DNA from: an uncultured bacterium
Lineage (GTDB): Bacteria > Hydrothermota > UBA3073 > NMUJ01 > CBEVQO01
Assembly: GCA_965552055.1 (NCBI GenBank)
Contig: CBEVQO010000001.1
Span: forward strand, 1 to 64,000
Direction: 5' to 3'
DNA: 64,000 nt
Shown here: positions 19,590 to 29,584 of the stretch, in pieces
Layout of the letters: the number at the start of each line of letters is the position of its first letter
Numbering within the stretch: the first letter of the stretch is position 1
Notes under the pieces: generated by a model
The model's database searches: none
Told to the model about the DNA's origin: nothing
The model's input: the letters and a program-made list of their open reading frames with translations, nothing else
Translations under genes and position numbers: made by a program

Positions 19590-19681
19590 TGGCGGAGAGG
19601 GTGGGATTCGAACCCACGACTCCCCTTGCGGGGAGTATGGCGTTTCCAACGCCACTCCTTAGGCCACTCGGACACCTCTCC
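19590..19681 (-). tRNA. tRNA-Ser(GGA)
   Basis: GGAGAGG acceptor stem, anticodon arm TGGCG-TTGGAAA-CGCCA, long variable arm, GGTTCGAATCC, encoded CCA. Confidence 0.96.
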
Positions 19682-19688
19682 TTACACT

Positions 19689-19715
19689 ATTTTATCAAAT
19701 TTCAGAAAATGTCAA
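19689..19715 (-). promoter_or_regulatory. Promoter TTGACA-N15-TAAAAT (tRNA-Ser)
   Basis: Minus strand TTGACA 19715-19710, TAAAAT 19694-19689; tRNA begins 7 nt later. Confidence 0.8.
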
Positions 19716-19716
19716 G

Positions 19717-20667
19717 CTATTTTGTGAATTTTATCTCTATTATGTCTCCGTCTCTTACTTTATAATCTTTACCTACTAACTGCGGTTTTCCTCCAATCTC
19801 CTTAAAATTTATAACCTCTGCTTTTACAAATCCCTTTTGCATATCGCTGTGTATCAGACCTGCACATTCATAAACAGTCGCTCCATCCCTTACAAACCAT
19901 GCCCTCGCCTCTTTACCTGCTTTTGTGAAAAATGTAACTACTTTCATCTCACTCAATAACTCTTTCAAAATATCTTGCGCAATAAACTCTTTGATTCCAT
20001 ACTCTTTCATAAAAATTTTCCTGTCTTCTTCTGATAACTCAAGTAATTCTTCTTCAATTTTAAGATTTGTCACTTTAACTTTTGAAAATACTTTCTTCTC
20101 CATCCTTTCTATCTCTTCCTTATCCAACTTTTGCTCTTCTCCTGTATTTATTAAAAAAATATTGGGCTTTTGCGTAAGAAAAGCAAATCCCCTTAGCATT
20201 TTTTCTTCTGCTTCGGATAACTCAAGTAATTTCAGGGGCTTTTGTTCCTCAAGATATTGTTTACATTTTGATAATAATCTTTTCTCTAATGTATCCTCAA
20301 ATCTCAATTTCGAAAGTCTATTTTCACAAATTTTCAAATCAGAAAGTATCAACTCTGTGAGTGGCTTTATAACGCTGTCTAAATTTGGCTTTTGTTTAAA
20401 GAAAGGTACAAGTATTATTAGGGCTGTTGCCTCTTTACATTTTGCTAAAACTTTTTCATCGAGCGGTGGTGTATCAATCAACTCTATTTTTTCATATGAA
20501 AATTTCTCTTTTCCATAAAACTTAGCAATTTCATTGAGTCTTTCGTCTTTTATTTCAATTATGTGCTTTCTAAATTCTGCAAATTCTATCTCTTTTCCTG
20601 TTAAAATCTTAAAAAGAGTAGATTTGCCACTTTGTGCTTCACCTATTATCGCTATTGTAATCAACAA
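19717..20667 (-). CDS. Divergent YchF/Obg-like P-loop NTPase (DUF933 C-terminus)
   Basis: GEAQSGKST, FLTQKP, TFFT..G.EARAW, AGLIHSDMQKGFVKAEV, DGDII. Confidence 0.8.
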   Translation of the reverse strand: MLITIAIIGEAQSGKSTLFKILTGKEIEFAEFRKHIIEIKDERLNEIAKFYGKEKFSYEKIELIDTPPLDEKVLAKCKEATALIILVPFFKQKPNLDSVIKPLTELILSDLKICENRLSKLRFEDTLEKRLLSKCKQYLEEQKPLKLLELSEAEEKMLRGFAFLTQKPNIFLINTGEEQKLDKEEIERMEKKVFSKVKVTNLKIEEELLELSEEDRKIFMKEYGIKEFIAQDILKELLSEMKVVTFFTKAGKEARAWFVRDGATVYECAGLIHSDMQKGFVKAEVINFKEIGGKPQLVGKDYKVRDGDIIEIKFTK

Positions 20668-20670
20668 ATT

Positions 20671-20697
20671 ATTTTACTTATCTTACACCTTTGTCAA
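20671..20697 (-). promoter_or_regulatory. Promoter TTGACA-N15-TAAAAT (ychF-like)
   Basis: Minus strand TTGACA 20697-20692, TAAAAT 20676-20671. Confidence 0.75.
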
Positions 20698-20704
20698 TAA
20701 TTAG

Positions 20705-20765
20705 TTTATCCCACCCGCCCACCCAAAGATTTTTGAAGGGCTTCGCCCTCCATGACCCATTTCTA
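20705..20765 (-). repeat. Dispersed ~62-bp hairpin + G-quadruplex element, copy 1
   Basis: Near-identical reverse complement of 36148-36209. Confidence 0.9.
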
Positions 20766-20810
20766 TTTTTCAACACTTTTGTAAAGGAGATTACCGAAAA
20801 ATTTCGTTTT

Positions 20811-21983
20811 CTAATCTAAGGAAATCATAATCTGTTTACCCCGCCCGCCCAAAGATTTTCGTAAATTCCTTATGATAAATTTTAATAAATTATAATTTTT
20901 TGCAACCAATTTAAATACAAATTCATACATATTGATTTTTTCGAAATTCGTAAAATCTCTACCATCGGTCAGCATTTTCCCCGCTTTATATAATTCTTCT
21001 AAATCCTTTTCTCTCATATTTAAAACGATATTTTTTAATTTTTGTTTAAGCAAATATTCTTTGAATGTTAACTTTCTCCATTCTTTTTCATAATTTTTTG
21101 GTTCTCCCTGCAGTATAGCTTTTGCTGCCATCTCTGCTGTTAGCAAAGCGTTGCATATTCCTGCCCCTGATATGGGGTCTGCTACCCTTGCTGCATCACC
21201 TATTATCAGCACATTTTTATAAACTTTTTTAACATTCTCACCAACCGGAACAAAACCATCGTAACGCAAAATTTCTTTTACATTTTTGAATTTCTCTTTC
21301 AAAAATTTTTCCAGAAATTTTCGGGGTTTTGAAGCAACAACAGGTGAAACTCCAGCACCTATATTTGCAAACCCATCATTTTTAGGAAATACCCAAAGAT
21401 AACCTCCTGGGGCTATCCTTTCTCCAAAATAAAATTCAAGGTAATTAAAATCTTTACCTATTTCGTAAATCCCACCCGAACATATAAATAGATTGTCTTT
21501 AGAAATGGGCTTTGAGAGATTAAGCTGTCTTGCAATACGAGAAAGAGGACCATCAGCAGCAACAAGATAGTCAAATTTAATACTTATCTTTTTCCCTTCT
21601 CTTTCCATAATTAAAGAACTATTTTCTACACTTATTGCTTTTGTCTTTAACATTATTTGGGCGCCTTCTCTTTGTGCCTCTTCACACAACCATTTTTCAA
21701 ATAAAGGTCTGTTCAGAATGTATCCGGAATTTTTCGCAATTATTTTTATCGACTTTCCAGAAGGTGAATAGAACTTTGCCCCTTCTATCTTTTTCGCAAT
21801 GCAATTTTGAGGAAGTGAAAAAAATCTATTGATATACTTTGATACAGCTTCACCGCAACAAAGGGGATATCCTATTTCTGCGTGTTCCTCACATAGAAAA
21901 ACTTTTAACTTTTTCCTTGCAAGCAATAATGCACAATAAAGCCCTGCAGGACCTCCGCCAACTATTGCTACATCATACTTCAC
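20811..21983 (-). CDS. Geranylgeranyl reductase family FAD oxidoreductase
   Basis: GGGPAG, PLCCGEAVS, APGGYLWVFPK, GDAARVADPISGAGI. Confidence 0.85.
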   Translation of the reverse strand: MKYDVAIVGGGPAGLYCALLLARKKLKVFLCEEHAEIGYPLCCGEAVSKYINRFFSLPQNCIAKKIEGAKFYSPSGKSIKIIAKNSGYILNRPLFEKWLCEEAQREGAQIMLKTKAISVENSSLIMEREGKKISIKFDYLVAADGPLSRIARQLNLSKPISKDNLFICSGGIYEIGKDFNYLEFYFGERIAPGGYLWVFPKNDGFANIGAGVSPVVASKPRKFLEKFLKEKFKNVKEILRYDGFVPVGENVKKVYKNVLIIGDAARVADPISGAGICNALLTAEMAAKAILQGEPKNYEKEWRKLTFKEYLLKQKLKNIVLNMREKDLEELYKAGKMLTDGRDFTNFEKINMYEFVFKLVAKNYNLLKFIIRNLRKSLGGRGKQIMISLD

Positions 21984-23147
21984 TTATAATAATTTAAAGC
22001 ATTTTTTCAATCTGTCACAAACATATTCTACATCCTTAAATTTTAAATTTGTGTAAAATGGCAACGCTATCGTCCTTTTTGATACTGATTCTGTCACAGG
22101 GAAATCCCCTTCTTTAAATCCAAATTCTTTTCTATAAAATGGTTGTAAATGTATTGGCGGGAAATAATTTTTTGACTCTATGCCTTCTTTTCCGAGTAAT
22201 TCTATCAATTTATCCCTTTTACTCTCCAGTCCTTTTTGCAACATTATAACATATACGAACCAGCTTCTTTCAACATTTTCGATTTCCGCAGGAGTAATTA
22301 CTTCGTCGATATCCTTTAAAATCTGATTGTAATATTGAGCTATTCTTTTTCTTTTTTTCAAAATTTTTTCGATTCTTTTCATCTGGCTTATTCCGAGTGC
22401 ACAATTTATGTCCGATATTCTATAGTTATAACCGAGTATTTCGTGTGATAACCATCCTCCGCCCATTCTTCCCTGATTTCTCATACTTTTGAATAATTTG
22501 TCGAGATTTTCATCATCCGTCAAAATAATGCCTCCTTCACCTGTGGTTATTTGCTTATTTGGATAAAATGCAAAAACCGATGCTTCCCCAAATGTTCCTA
22601 CCTTTTGCCCTTTATAAGTGGCACCTATCGCTTCGCATGCATCTTCTATTATTCTCAAATTATATTTTCGAGCAATCTCCATAATCTCCTGCATAGCACA
22701 GGGTAAACCAAAAATATGGACTATTAGCATCAACCTTATCCTTTTACCTGTTTTTTTATTTACAAGTATTTCACCATCCCATTTACAATTTTCCTCTATG
22801 AATTCTTTTATCCTTTCGGGTGATATATTTTGAGTTTTTTCGTCAATATCTATAAACCTAGGAAATCCTCTTTCAAACAATATACAATTTGCGGAAGCGA
22901 TAAAAGAAAAAGGAGTAGTTATAACTTCGTCATTTTCTCCTATTTTTTCTGCACGGATACAAAGATGGAGGCCAGCGGTTCCGCAGCTCACAGCGGTTGC
23001 AAAGCGTCTACCGATATACTGACAAAATAAAGCCTCAAATTCTCGTAACTTCGGACCCAAACTTAAATAAGGAGTCCTTAAGACTTTAACTACACTTAAA
23101 ATATCACCCATCGTAATCCAGGGACGGGATAAAGGTATCTTTTTCAT
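21984..23147 (-). CDS. DegT/DnrJ/EryC1/StrS sugar aminotransferase
   Basis: EDACEAIG, FAFYPNKQITTGEGG, GYNYR. Confidence 0.93.
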   Translation of the reverse strand: MKKIPLSRPWITMGDILSVVKVLRTPYLSLGPKLREFEALFCQYIGRRFATAVSCGTAGLHLCIRAEKIGENDEVITTPFSFIASANCILFERGFPRFIDIDEKTQNISPERIKEFIEENCKWDGEILVNKKTGKRIRLMLIVHIFGLPCAMQEIMEIARKYNLRIIEDACEAIGATYKGQKVGTFGEASVFAFYPNKQITTGEGGIILTDDENLDKLFKSMRNQGRMGGGWLSHEILGYNYRISDINCALGISQMKRIEKILKKRKRIAQYYNQILKDIDEVITPAEIENVERSWFVYVIMLQKGLESKRDKLIELLGKEGIESKNYFPPIHLQPFYRKEFGFKEGDFPVTESVSKRTIALPFYTNLKFKDVEYVCDRLKKCFKLL

Positions 23148-24007
23148 TTTATCACCACAGCTATCGTTGTCAAAATTATTTGAATTAAAGCAAAAATAAA
23201 CAAAGTTTTTCTTTGAGACATACCCTTCTTAAGCATCTTATCATAAACATGTTCTCTGTCTCCGATAAAAATCGATTCACCTTTTTTAAATCTTCTAAGT
23301 ATCGCCAGCCCTGTATCTATGATGGGTATCAAAAACAATATGATAGGTTTTACAATGTAAACTTTTGATGGCATCAAGTTCAAGTAACCCACAGTTAAAA
23401 TTGCTGTGAGAACACCCAGAGTATAGCTCCCCGAATCACCCATGAATATATGTGCTGGTGGAAAATTAAGAGAAAGGAAGCCAAAAGATATGCCTGCAAA
23501 TACCATACTGAATAAGAAAAATGTAAAATTCAGCTTATAAAACAAAAGAGCAAATCCTATAAAAATTACGCCTGATAACAGAGAAAGAAGACCATCCATA
23601 CCATCCAGCAGATTATAAGAATTTATAAGGAAAATCATTATCATTAAAGTAAAAGGTAAAGAAAGGTAAATCGGTGCTTTTAATCTGATTCCGATTATCC
23701 ATAAAATTGCTGTAGATACTATGGTAAGAAGTAATTTCACAATTGGTTTTAATCTCTTTATATCATCGAGAAGTCCTGTCAAAAATACCGCTGCTATTCC
23801 TGCATAAAGCCAGCTTAACTCTTTTATCGCTGTTAATAACGCTATCATGAAAGCAATTCCTGCACCACGGGGAATAGGTTTTGAATGTATCGTTAAGGCA
23901 CCCGGTACATCCACCATCTTAATCCGTCGTAAAACTGGTATTAAAATAAGTGAAGTAATCATAGTAATTCCTGCTGCAAATATAAAATAGGCAATCCCCT
24001 TAATCAC
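23144..24007 (-). CDS. WecA/MraY-family polyprenyl-phosphate HexNAc-1-phosphate transferase
   Basis: GLLDD, NLLDGMDGL, NFPPAHIFMGDSGS, DREH. Confidence 0.9.
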   Translation of the reverse strand: MIKGIAYFIFAAGITMITSLILIPVLRRIKMVDVPGALTIHSKPIPRGAGIAFMIALLTAIKELSWLYAGIAAVFLTGLLDDIKRLKPIVKLLLTIVSTAILWIIGIRLKAPIYLSLPFTLMIMIFLINSYNLLDGMDGLLSLLSGVIFIGFALLFYKLNFTFFLFSMVFAGISFGFLSLNFPPAHIFMGDSGSYTLGVLTAILTVGYLNLMPSKVYIVKPIILFLIPIIDTGLAILRRFKKGESIFIGDREHVYDKMLKKGMSQRKTLFIFALIQIILTTIAVVIK

Positions 24008-24524
24008 GGCTTATATTCCATAAGTCATTAAAATAATTTTCACACTCTCTGGCAAAATCTTTATCCTCAATCAGCACAGATGTTTCATTGTTCTCATAAA
24101 GTGCCGAATAAGTCCAGTTTGTTGAACCTATTATAACTTTTTCACCATCGATGATTATAAGCTTCGTATGGGTGCATATTCCTATTGGGTCTTTCCTAAC
24201 CTGCACATTGTTTAATTTCAGGTATTCATAAGCCGGCGTATTAGTACGCACAACGCTTGAATCATAATCAAATTCAAGTATTACTTTTACATCAACACCA
24301 GATAATGCTTTCTCGCATAATGCATCTATTAATTCATTTACTCCTTTGTCATACCTTTTCATCACAAACATCGCAATGTGAATTGAATATTGGGCAAAGT
24401 TTATCAGTTCAAGTACTTTTTGTTCATAATCGCGGTTAAAAAGCGGGGTTAATGTATATGCCCTTTTTTCACCCAGCAGTATACATCCCGAGATCAATAT
24501 CACTATGAAGAATAATCTTTTCAT
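24000..24524 (-). CDS. PLD-family (single HKD) lipoprotein, Nuc-like nuclease/phospholipase
   Basis: Lipobox [13 protein letters not shown]...GSTNW...N.E; start at MKRLFF. Confidence 0.8.
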   Translation of the reverse strand: MKRLFFIVILISGCILLGEKRAYTLTPLFNRDYEQKVLELINFAQYSIHIAMFVMKRYDKGVNELIDALCEKALSGVDVKVILEFDYDSSVVRTNTPAYEYLKLNNVQVRKDPIGICTHTKLIIIDGEKVIIGSTNWTYSALYENNETSVLIEDKDFARECENYFNDLWNISRD

Positions 24525-25189
24525 TTTCCCAGTATTTTCTTTGCTTTTTCCCAATCATTTAAAAATCTTTTAATTCCGTCGTCCGTTAAAGGATGTTTAA
24601 ATAGAAGTTTTAATACTTTATATGGAATCGTGCAGATATGTGCCCCCAAAATCATTGCTTCTTTTACATGAACAGGATGCCTTACACTTGCCACTATCAC
24701 CTGTGTCTTAAAACCGTAGTTATCTATTACCCTAAGGATATCCGATACGAGTTCCATTCCGTAATGTCCCCTGTCATCCAGCCTTCCGATAAACGGACTC
24801 ACAAATGATGCACCTGCTTTCAATGCAAACAAAGCTTGGTTCACCGAAAACACAAGAGTAACATTCGTCATTATGCCTTCGCTTTCCAATATTTTCACTG
24901 CTTTTACCCCTTCCTCCGTCATTGGTATTTTTATGCAGATGTTTTTATGAAGTTTTGACAGTTCTCTTGCTTCTTTTACCATGCCTTCCGTATCAAGTGC
25001 GATAACTTCTGCACTAACAGGTCCATCTACCATTTCGCAAATTTTAAGAAGAATGTCATTTGGCTTCATTCCTGTTCTTTCTACTTCCCTTGCGAGTAAT
25101 GTTGGATTCGTGGTCACTCCATCAAGTATACCCATTTCTGACATCTCTTTTATTTCTTCAAGATTGGCTGTATCAATGAATATTTTCAT
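24521..25189 (-). CDS. tal: Transaldolase / fructose-6-phosphate aldolase family
   Basis: [33 protein letters not shown]. Confidence 0.9.
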   Translation of the reverse strand: MKIFIDTANLEEIKEMSEMGILDGVTTNPTLLAREVERTGMKPNDILLKICEMVDGPVSAEVIALDTEGMVKEARELSKLHKNICIKIPMTEEGVKAVKILESEGIMTNVTLVFSVNQALFALKAGASFVSPFIGRLDDRGHYGMELVSDILRVIDNYGFKTQVIVASVRHPVHVKEAMILGAHICTIPYKVLKLLFKHPLTDDGIKRFLNDWEKAKKILGK

Positions 25190-25695
25190 CTTGCCCCCCA
25201 CTTTAGCTGTAAGACAACAGCCCCTGCACCCACATCACCATAACACAGGAAGGGATTCAAAGAAGTATTTTCAAAGAATATGTAGCGATACTTTAAACAT
25301 ATTCCCAAAATCAAATTTCTTAAAATTTTCTGCTCGCATAAGAATATGGAAAATCCAATCGTATTTTGAGATAAGGGTATCCATTCTGTTATCCTGAGAT
25401 AATCTGTCTCGTAAATTGCGGTTATTAAATTACTTACAAGATGTAAATTGAACTCCAATCCTATTTTTACAAAGTTTTTTAAAGCAAATGCACAATAATT
25501 AGAAAAAACAATACAGGTTAACTTATGGTTTAAAGTCACGCTTCCTTCACTTTCTTTTTTAGTTTTTTGAATGTATTCTGCCATGAACCCGAAATTCCCT
25601 TTTTCATAAACAAAGCCAATAACAGGTGCATTACCAAATTCTGGCAAATTCGTTAAACCCGCATTCATTCCAATTGAGGTTATCAACATTAACAC
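25186..25695 (-). CDS. Hypothetical protein, possible small outer-membrane beta-barrel
   Basis: Alternating aromatic/hydrophobic beta-strands; coupled to tal. Confidence 0.45.
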   Translation of the reverse strand: MLMLITSIGMNAGLTNLPEFGNAPVIGFVYEKGNFGFMAEYIQKTKKESEGSVTLNHKLTCIVFSNYCAFALKNFVKIGLEFNLHLVSNLITAIYETDYLRITEWIPLSQNTIGFSIFLCEQKILRNLILGICLKYRYIFFENTSLNPFLCYGDVGAGAVVLQLKWGAR

Positions 25696-25715
25696 ATAAT
25701 ATTTTTAGTTAATTC

Positions 25716-25742
25716 TTGACAATGTCAATAAAAGATTAAAAT
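25716..25742 (+). promoter_or_regulatory. Promoter TTGACA-N15-TAAAAT within palindrome TTGACAATGTCAA
   Basis: TTGACA 25716-25721, TAAAAT 25737-25742; reverse TTGACA at 25728-25723. Confidence 0.75.
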
Positions 25743-25764
25743 TTTAAGCTTAAAGGAGGGGGAT

Positions 25765-27252
25765 ATGAGGAAGGTAGTATTAATTGTTATGTTTCCTGTT
25801 GCGCTCTTTGGGAGACACTGGATAGTGTCGAAGACAGCGGATACTCTCAGAGGAGAATTCTTACGCATAATGGATGCTGTTCAGTATGTTGCGAAAGCAG
25901 GTGATACCGTGATAGTGAAGCCAGGCATTTATAAAGAAAGGATTATACTTCCGAGTGGCGTCATTTTCGTAAGTGAGAAACCCGGGAGCGCAATAGTTGA
26001 GTACGCAGGAGAAGGACCCTGTGTCTCTGGTAAAGACCTGATGTCCGGTGCATTAATCGGCTTTAAAATAATCAGAAAAGATTCACTAAAAGAACCCATT
26101 ATTTTTCTCGAAAATTCTTACTTTTTAATAAAGAACTGCGAAATCGGTGGGGGACAACTTTGTGGAATAGCATCAGAAGGCGGTTCTTTAACATGTGATA
26201 ACTGCAAAATTTCAGAAAACAAAGGCACAGGAATGGTTTTAAACGGAGGAGAGCATAAAATTTCAAACACAGAAATACGCAATAATAAAATAGGAATAGA
26301 AATATCAAAGGATGCAAAAGTTAAAATAGAAAAATGCAAAATTGAGAATAACGAAGAAATCGGTATTTATGCTACGAATTCCAAAGGAGAATTTGTTGAA
26401 AATGTAATTAAAGCAAATGGTAAATCAGGAATGCGTTTAGAAATGTGCAAAGAAACAGAGATAAAGAAAAACGAAATAACAGAAAATAATAGAGAAGGGT
26501 TGCTCGTGCTCAACTCAAAGGATATAAAGGTTTACGGAAACAACATTTATAAGAACAAAAAATATGGAATAAGAGCAACCGAAAGCGAAGCAGAAATCAA
26601 AAGCAACTTATTAAAAGAAAACATCGAAGGGATAAGAATAGTGCATAGCAGATGCTTAATTGATAGTAATTCCATCGAAACAAATAGCAAATTTGGGATA
26701 AATATTTCGACATGCGATAGTATTGTTGTAAAAAATAATTTGATAAAAAACAACAAGAGCCATGGAATACTTTGCAAATATTCGCACTCCGTAAAAATCG
26801 AGAGAAATACTCTCAGCGATAATAAAAATGGTATATACGCAAGGAATTCTTCCGGTGAAATAATGTATAATGTTATTTCAGGGAACTCCCGATACGGAAT
26901 TTATTGCCGTACTAATTCTAAATTTTTGATAAAGAATAATACAATTGTTAAAAATCGCTTCAGCGGTGTTTTTGCGATCGAAGGAGCTGAAGTAAATCTT
27001 GTAAATAATATTATTGCTTTGAATGGCTGGGGGATAGTAACTGTTACCGAAGGTTATACTCCCGGAACCGCTCATACCGAATTCAACTGCGTCTGGAGCA
27101 ACAAAAATGCAAATTACGCAGGAATAACCGATACAACGAAAAATATAAGAAAAAATCCTTTGTTTGTAAATCCAGAAAATGATTTTAGATTGAGAAAAAA
27201 TTCACCCTGTATTGGTAAAGGTAAAAACGGAGAGAATATAGGTGCATTTTAA
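25765..27252 (+). CDS. Secreted right-handed parallel beta-helix (NosD/pectin-lyase-like) protein
   Basis: Signal peptide, GDTVIVKPGIY, many I..N.I..N..GI repeats, DFRL..NSPCIG C-terminus. Confidence 0.85.
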   Translation: MRKVVLIVMFPVALFGRHWIVSKTADTLRGEFLRIMDAVQYVAKAGDTVIVKPGIYKERIILPSGVIFVSEKPGSAIVEYAGEGPCVSGKDLMSGALIGFKIIRKDSLKEPIIFLENSYFLIKNCEIGGGQLCGIASEGGSLTCDNCKISENKGTGMVLNGGEHKISNTEIRNNKIGIEISKDAKVKIEKCKIENNEEIGIYATNSKGEFVENVIKANGKSGMRLEMCKETEIKKNEITENNREGLLVLNSKDIKVYGNNIYKNKKYGIRATESEAEIKSNLLKENIEGIRIVHSRCLIDSNSIETNSKFGINISTCDSIVVKNNLIKNNKSHGILCKYSHSVKIERNTLSDNKNGIYARNSSGEIMYNVISGNSRYGIYCRTNSKFLIKNNTIVKNRFSGVFAIEGAEVNLVNNIIALNGWGIVTVTEGYTPGTAHTEFNCVWSNKNANYAGITDTTKNIRKNPLFVNPENDFRLRKNSPCIGKGKNGENIGAF

Positions 27253-27253
27253 A

Positions 27254-29584
27254 ATGGCTGAGAAAGTAGTAGAAACATTTGTAGAAGAAGAGCTTCGTCA
27301 ATCTTACATTGATTATGCGATGAGCGTCATAATAGGGCGAGCTATTCCGGATGTGCGCGATGGATTAAAACCTGTTCACAGGAGAATACTCTATGCAATG
27401 CGTAATCTCGGGCTTTATCATGACAGACCATTTAAGAAATGTGCCACTGTAATAGGAGAGGTAATCGGAAAATATCATCCTCATGGTGATATGGCTGTTT
27501 ACGATGCTCTTACCCGTATGGCACAGGATTTCTCCCTCCGCTATCCTCTTATTCAGGGTCAGGGTAACTTCGGCTCGATTGATGGAGATAGTCCAGCTGC
27601 TTACAGATATACGGAATGCAGACTGAATAGATTTGGCGAATTAATGCTTGAAGATATCGAGAAAGAATGCGTTGATTTCCGACCAAATTTCGACGGAACA
27701 ACCGAAGAGCCCGAAGTTTTACCATCAAAAATCCCCAATTTATTGATAAATGGAGCAGAAGGAATAGCAGTTGGAATGACAACAAGTATACCTCCGCATA
27801 ATCTCTCAGAAGTTATCGATGCAGTATGCGCATTAATCGATAATCCAAAAGAAGAAAATTTAATGAAATATATAAAAGGACCGGATTTCCCAACGGGTGG
27901 CAGAATTGTTGGAATAAAAGGTATAAAAGAACTTTACGAAAAAGGAACTGGAAGAATATCAATTGAAGGAATTGCGGAATTTGTTGCTTTAAAAGATGGA
28001 AGAAAAGCCATAATAATAAAAGAAATACCTTATCAGGTAAATAAAGCAGCTCTTGTAGAAAGGATTGCAAATCTTGTAAAGGAAGATAGAATCAGAGGAA
28101 TAAAGGATATAAGAGACGAATCAGATAAAACAGGGATAAGAGTAATTATAGAGCTCGAACATGGAGTAAACCCCGAACCTGTTTTGAATCAAATTTATGA
28201 ATACACACCTTTAAGAGTATCATATTTTGCCACAATGGTAGCAATTAAGGACAATGCTCCTAAACTTTTCTCCCTAAAAGAATTATTGCAGGAATTTATT
28301 GAACACAGATACAAAGTATATCGTAGAAAATGTGAATATGAGTTGCGTCAGGCAGAAGAAAGGGCACACATTGTTGAAGGCTTGCGCCGTGCACTCGATA
28401 AAATAGACCTCGTTATAAAAATAATAAGAAGTGCAGAAGATGATGAAAAAGCAAAGAAAGAATTAATAAAAGCACTTATACTGACCGAAAAACAGGCAGA
28501 AGCAATTTTACAAATGAGATTGAGAAGATTAACACGATTAGAACGCGGAAAGCTTGAAGAAGAATATTTAAATCTTATAAAAACAATCAGCAGATTAAAA
28601 ACTTTACTTGCAAGCAGAAAAGCAATATTACAGGAAATCAAAAAAGAATTACTCGAAATTAAAGAAAAATACGGAGATGAAAGAAGGACAAAAATCGTCG
28701 AAGAAGAACTGGAAAAGTTTACCAAAAAAGATCTGATTCAAAAAGAGGATGTCATTTTGACACTAACAGATGCCGGTATTATCCGCAGATTCTCGCTAAA
28801 GAGATTACCCAAGAGAATTTCTTTAAAAAATGAAAAAATCATACTCTGTTCCACTTCAAATACACATTCCGATGTCTTATTGCTTTCACAGGATGGTCGC
28901 TGTTTTAGATTAAAGGCATATGATTTTCCGGAGTCAGATAAAGGTAAAGTGCTAAAAAGCAAAATTGGTTTAAAATCTCCAGTTTGCACTATAATAGAAG
29001 TGGGAGAAGAACATTTTCTCGCACTCGCCTCTTTTTACGATAAGAAAAAGTTAGTGAGGATGAAAAAAATAAGTGCAAAAGAAATAGAAAAATTGCAAAA
29101 AAGTGGTTTAAAATTGCTTAGCAAAAATGAAATATTGACAGCCGGAACATTAATTGTAAATGAACCTGTTATAATAGTTACGGAAAAAGGAAGAGTTGGT
29201 AAAATTCCCCACGAAAAGATACCCGTAATCGAGCGTAATAAAGTAGGTGAAGAAGTTGTCAGATTACATGATGATAAAATTAAATTTATGTTCCCTGCGA
29301 AAGATAAAAATTCTTACCTTGTTTTAATCAGAGCAGATGGCAATGGTAAAGGAATACCTTTAAAAAGTATAGACAGACCTAAAATTGTGCTGACAGGGGA
29401 ACCTGTATGTGCCCAAATTCTTTCACCAAAGCAGAAGTTGCTGGTAATAACAGAAAAAGGAAAAATTTATGAAAAAAATCTGTCAGATATTGAAATCGAC
29501 AAAGAATTGAAAAAATCTAAGGGCGAAAAGATAGTTGCACCCGATAAAGGCGACAAAATCTGCGGTTTAATCCCTTTAAGCTGA
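27254..29584 (+). CDS. Type IIA topoisomerase A subunit (GyrA/ParC) with divergent CTD
   Basis: DVRDGLKPVHRR, YHPHGD, AAYRYTE catalytic Tyr, GPDFPTGG; no GyrA-box seen. Confidence 0.92.
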   Translation: MAEKVVETFVEEELRQSYIDYAMSVIIGRAIPDVRDGLKPVHRRILYAMRNLGLYHDRPFKKCATVIGEVIGKYHPHGDMAVYDALTRMAQDFSLRYPLIQGQGNFGSIDGDSPAAYRYTECRLNRFGELMLEDIEKECVDFRPNFDGTTEEPEVLPSKIPNLLINGAEGIAVGMTTSIPPHNLSEVIDAVCALIDNPKEENLMKYIKGPDFPTGGRIVGIKGIKELYEKGTGRISIEGIAEFVALKDGRKAIIIKEIPYQVNKAALVERIANLVKEDRIRGIKDIRDESDKTGIRVIIELEHGVNPEPVLNQIYEYTPLRVSYFATMVAIKDNAPKLFSLKELLQEFIEHRYKVYRRKCEYELRQAEERAHIVEGLRRALDKIDLVIKIIRSAEDDEKAKKELIKALILTEKQAEAILQMRLRRLTRLERGKLEEEYLNLIKTISRLKTLLASRKAILQEIKKELLEIKEKYGDERRTKIVEEELEKFTKKDLIQKEDVILTLTDAGIIRRFSLKRLPKRISLKNEKIILCSTSNTHSDVLLLSQDGRCFRLKAYDFPESDKGKVLKSKIGLKSPVCTIIEVGEEHFLALASFYDKKKLVRMKKISAKEIEKLQKSGLKLLSKNEILTAGTLIVNEPVIIVTEKGRVGKIPHEKIPVIERNKVGEEVVRLHDDKIKFMFPAKDKNSYLVLIRADGNGKGIPLKSIDRPKIVLTGEPVCAQILSPKQKLLVITEKGKIYEKNLSDIEIDKELKKSKGEKIVAPDKGDKICGLIPLS

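Noticed and set aside
19584..19655. N-terminal extension of the S55 ORF (MALETPYSPQ...)
   Set aside because: It is a translation of tRNA-Ser; the real signal peptide starts at 19583.
19590..19716. tRNA-Ser or tRNA-Glu as integration sites of a genomic island
   Set aside because: No integrase and no duplicated tRNA 3' end (att) was seen in the window.
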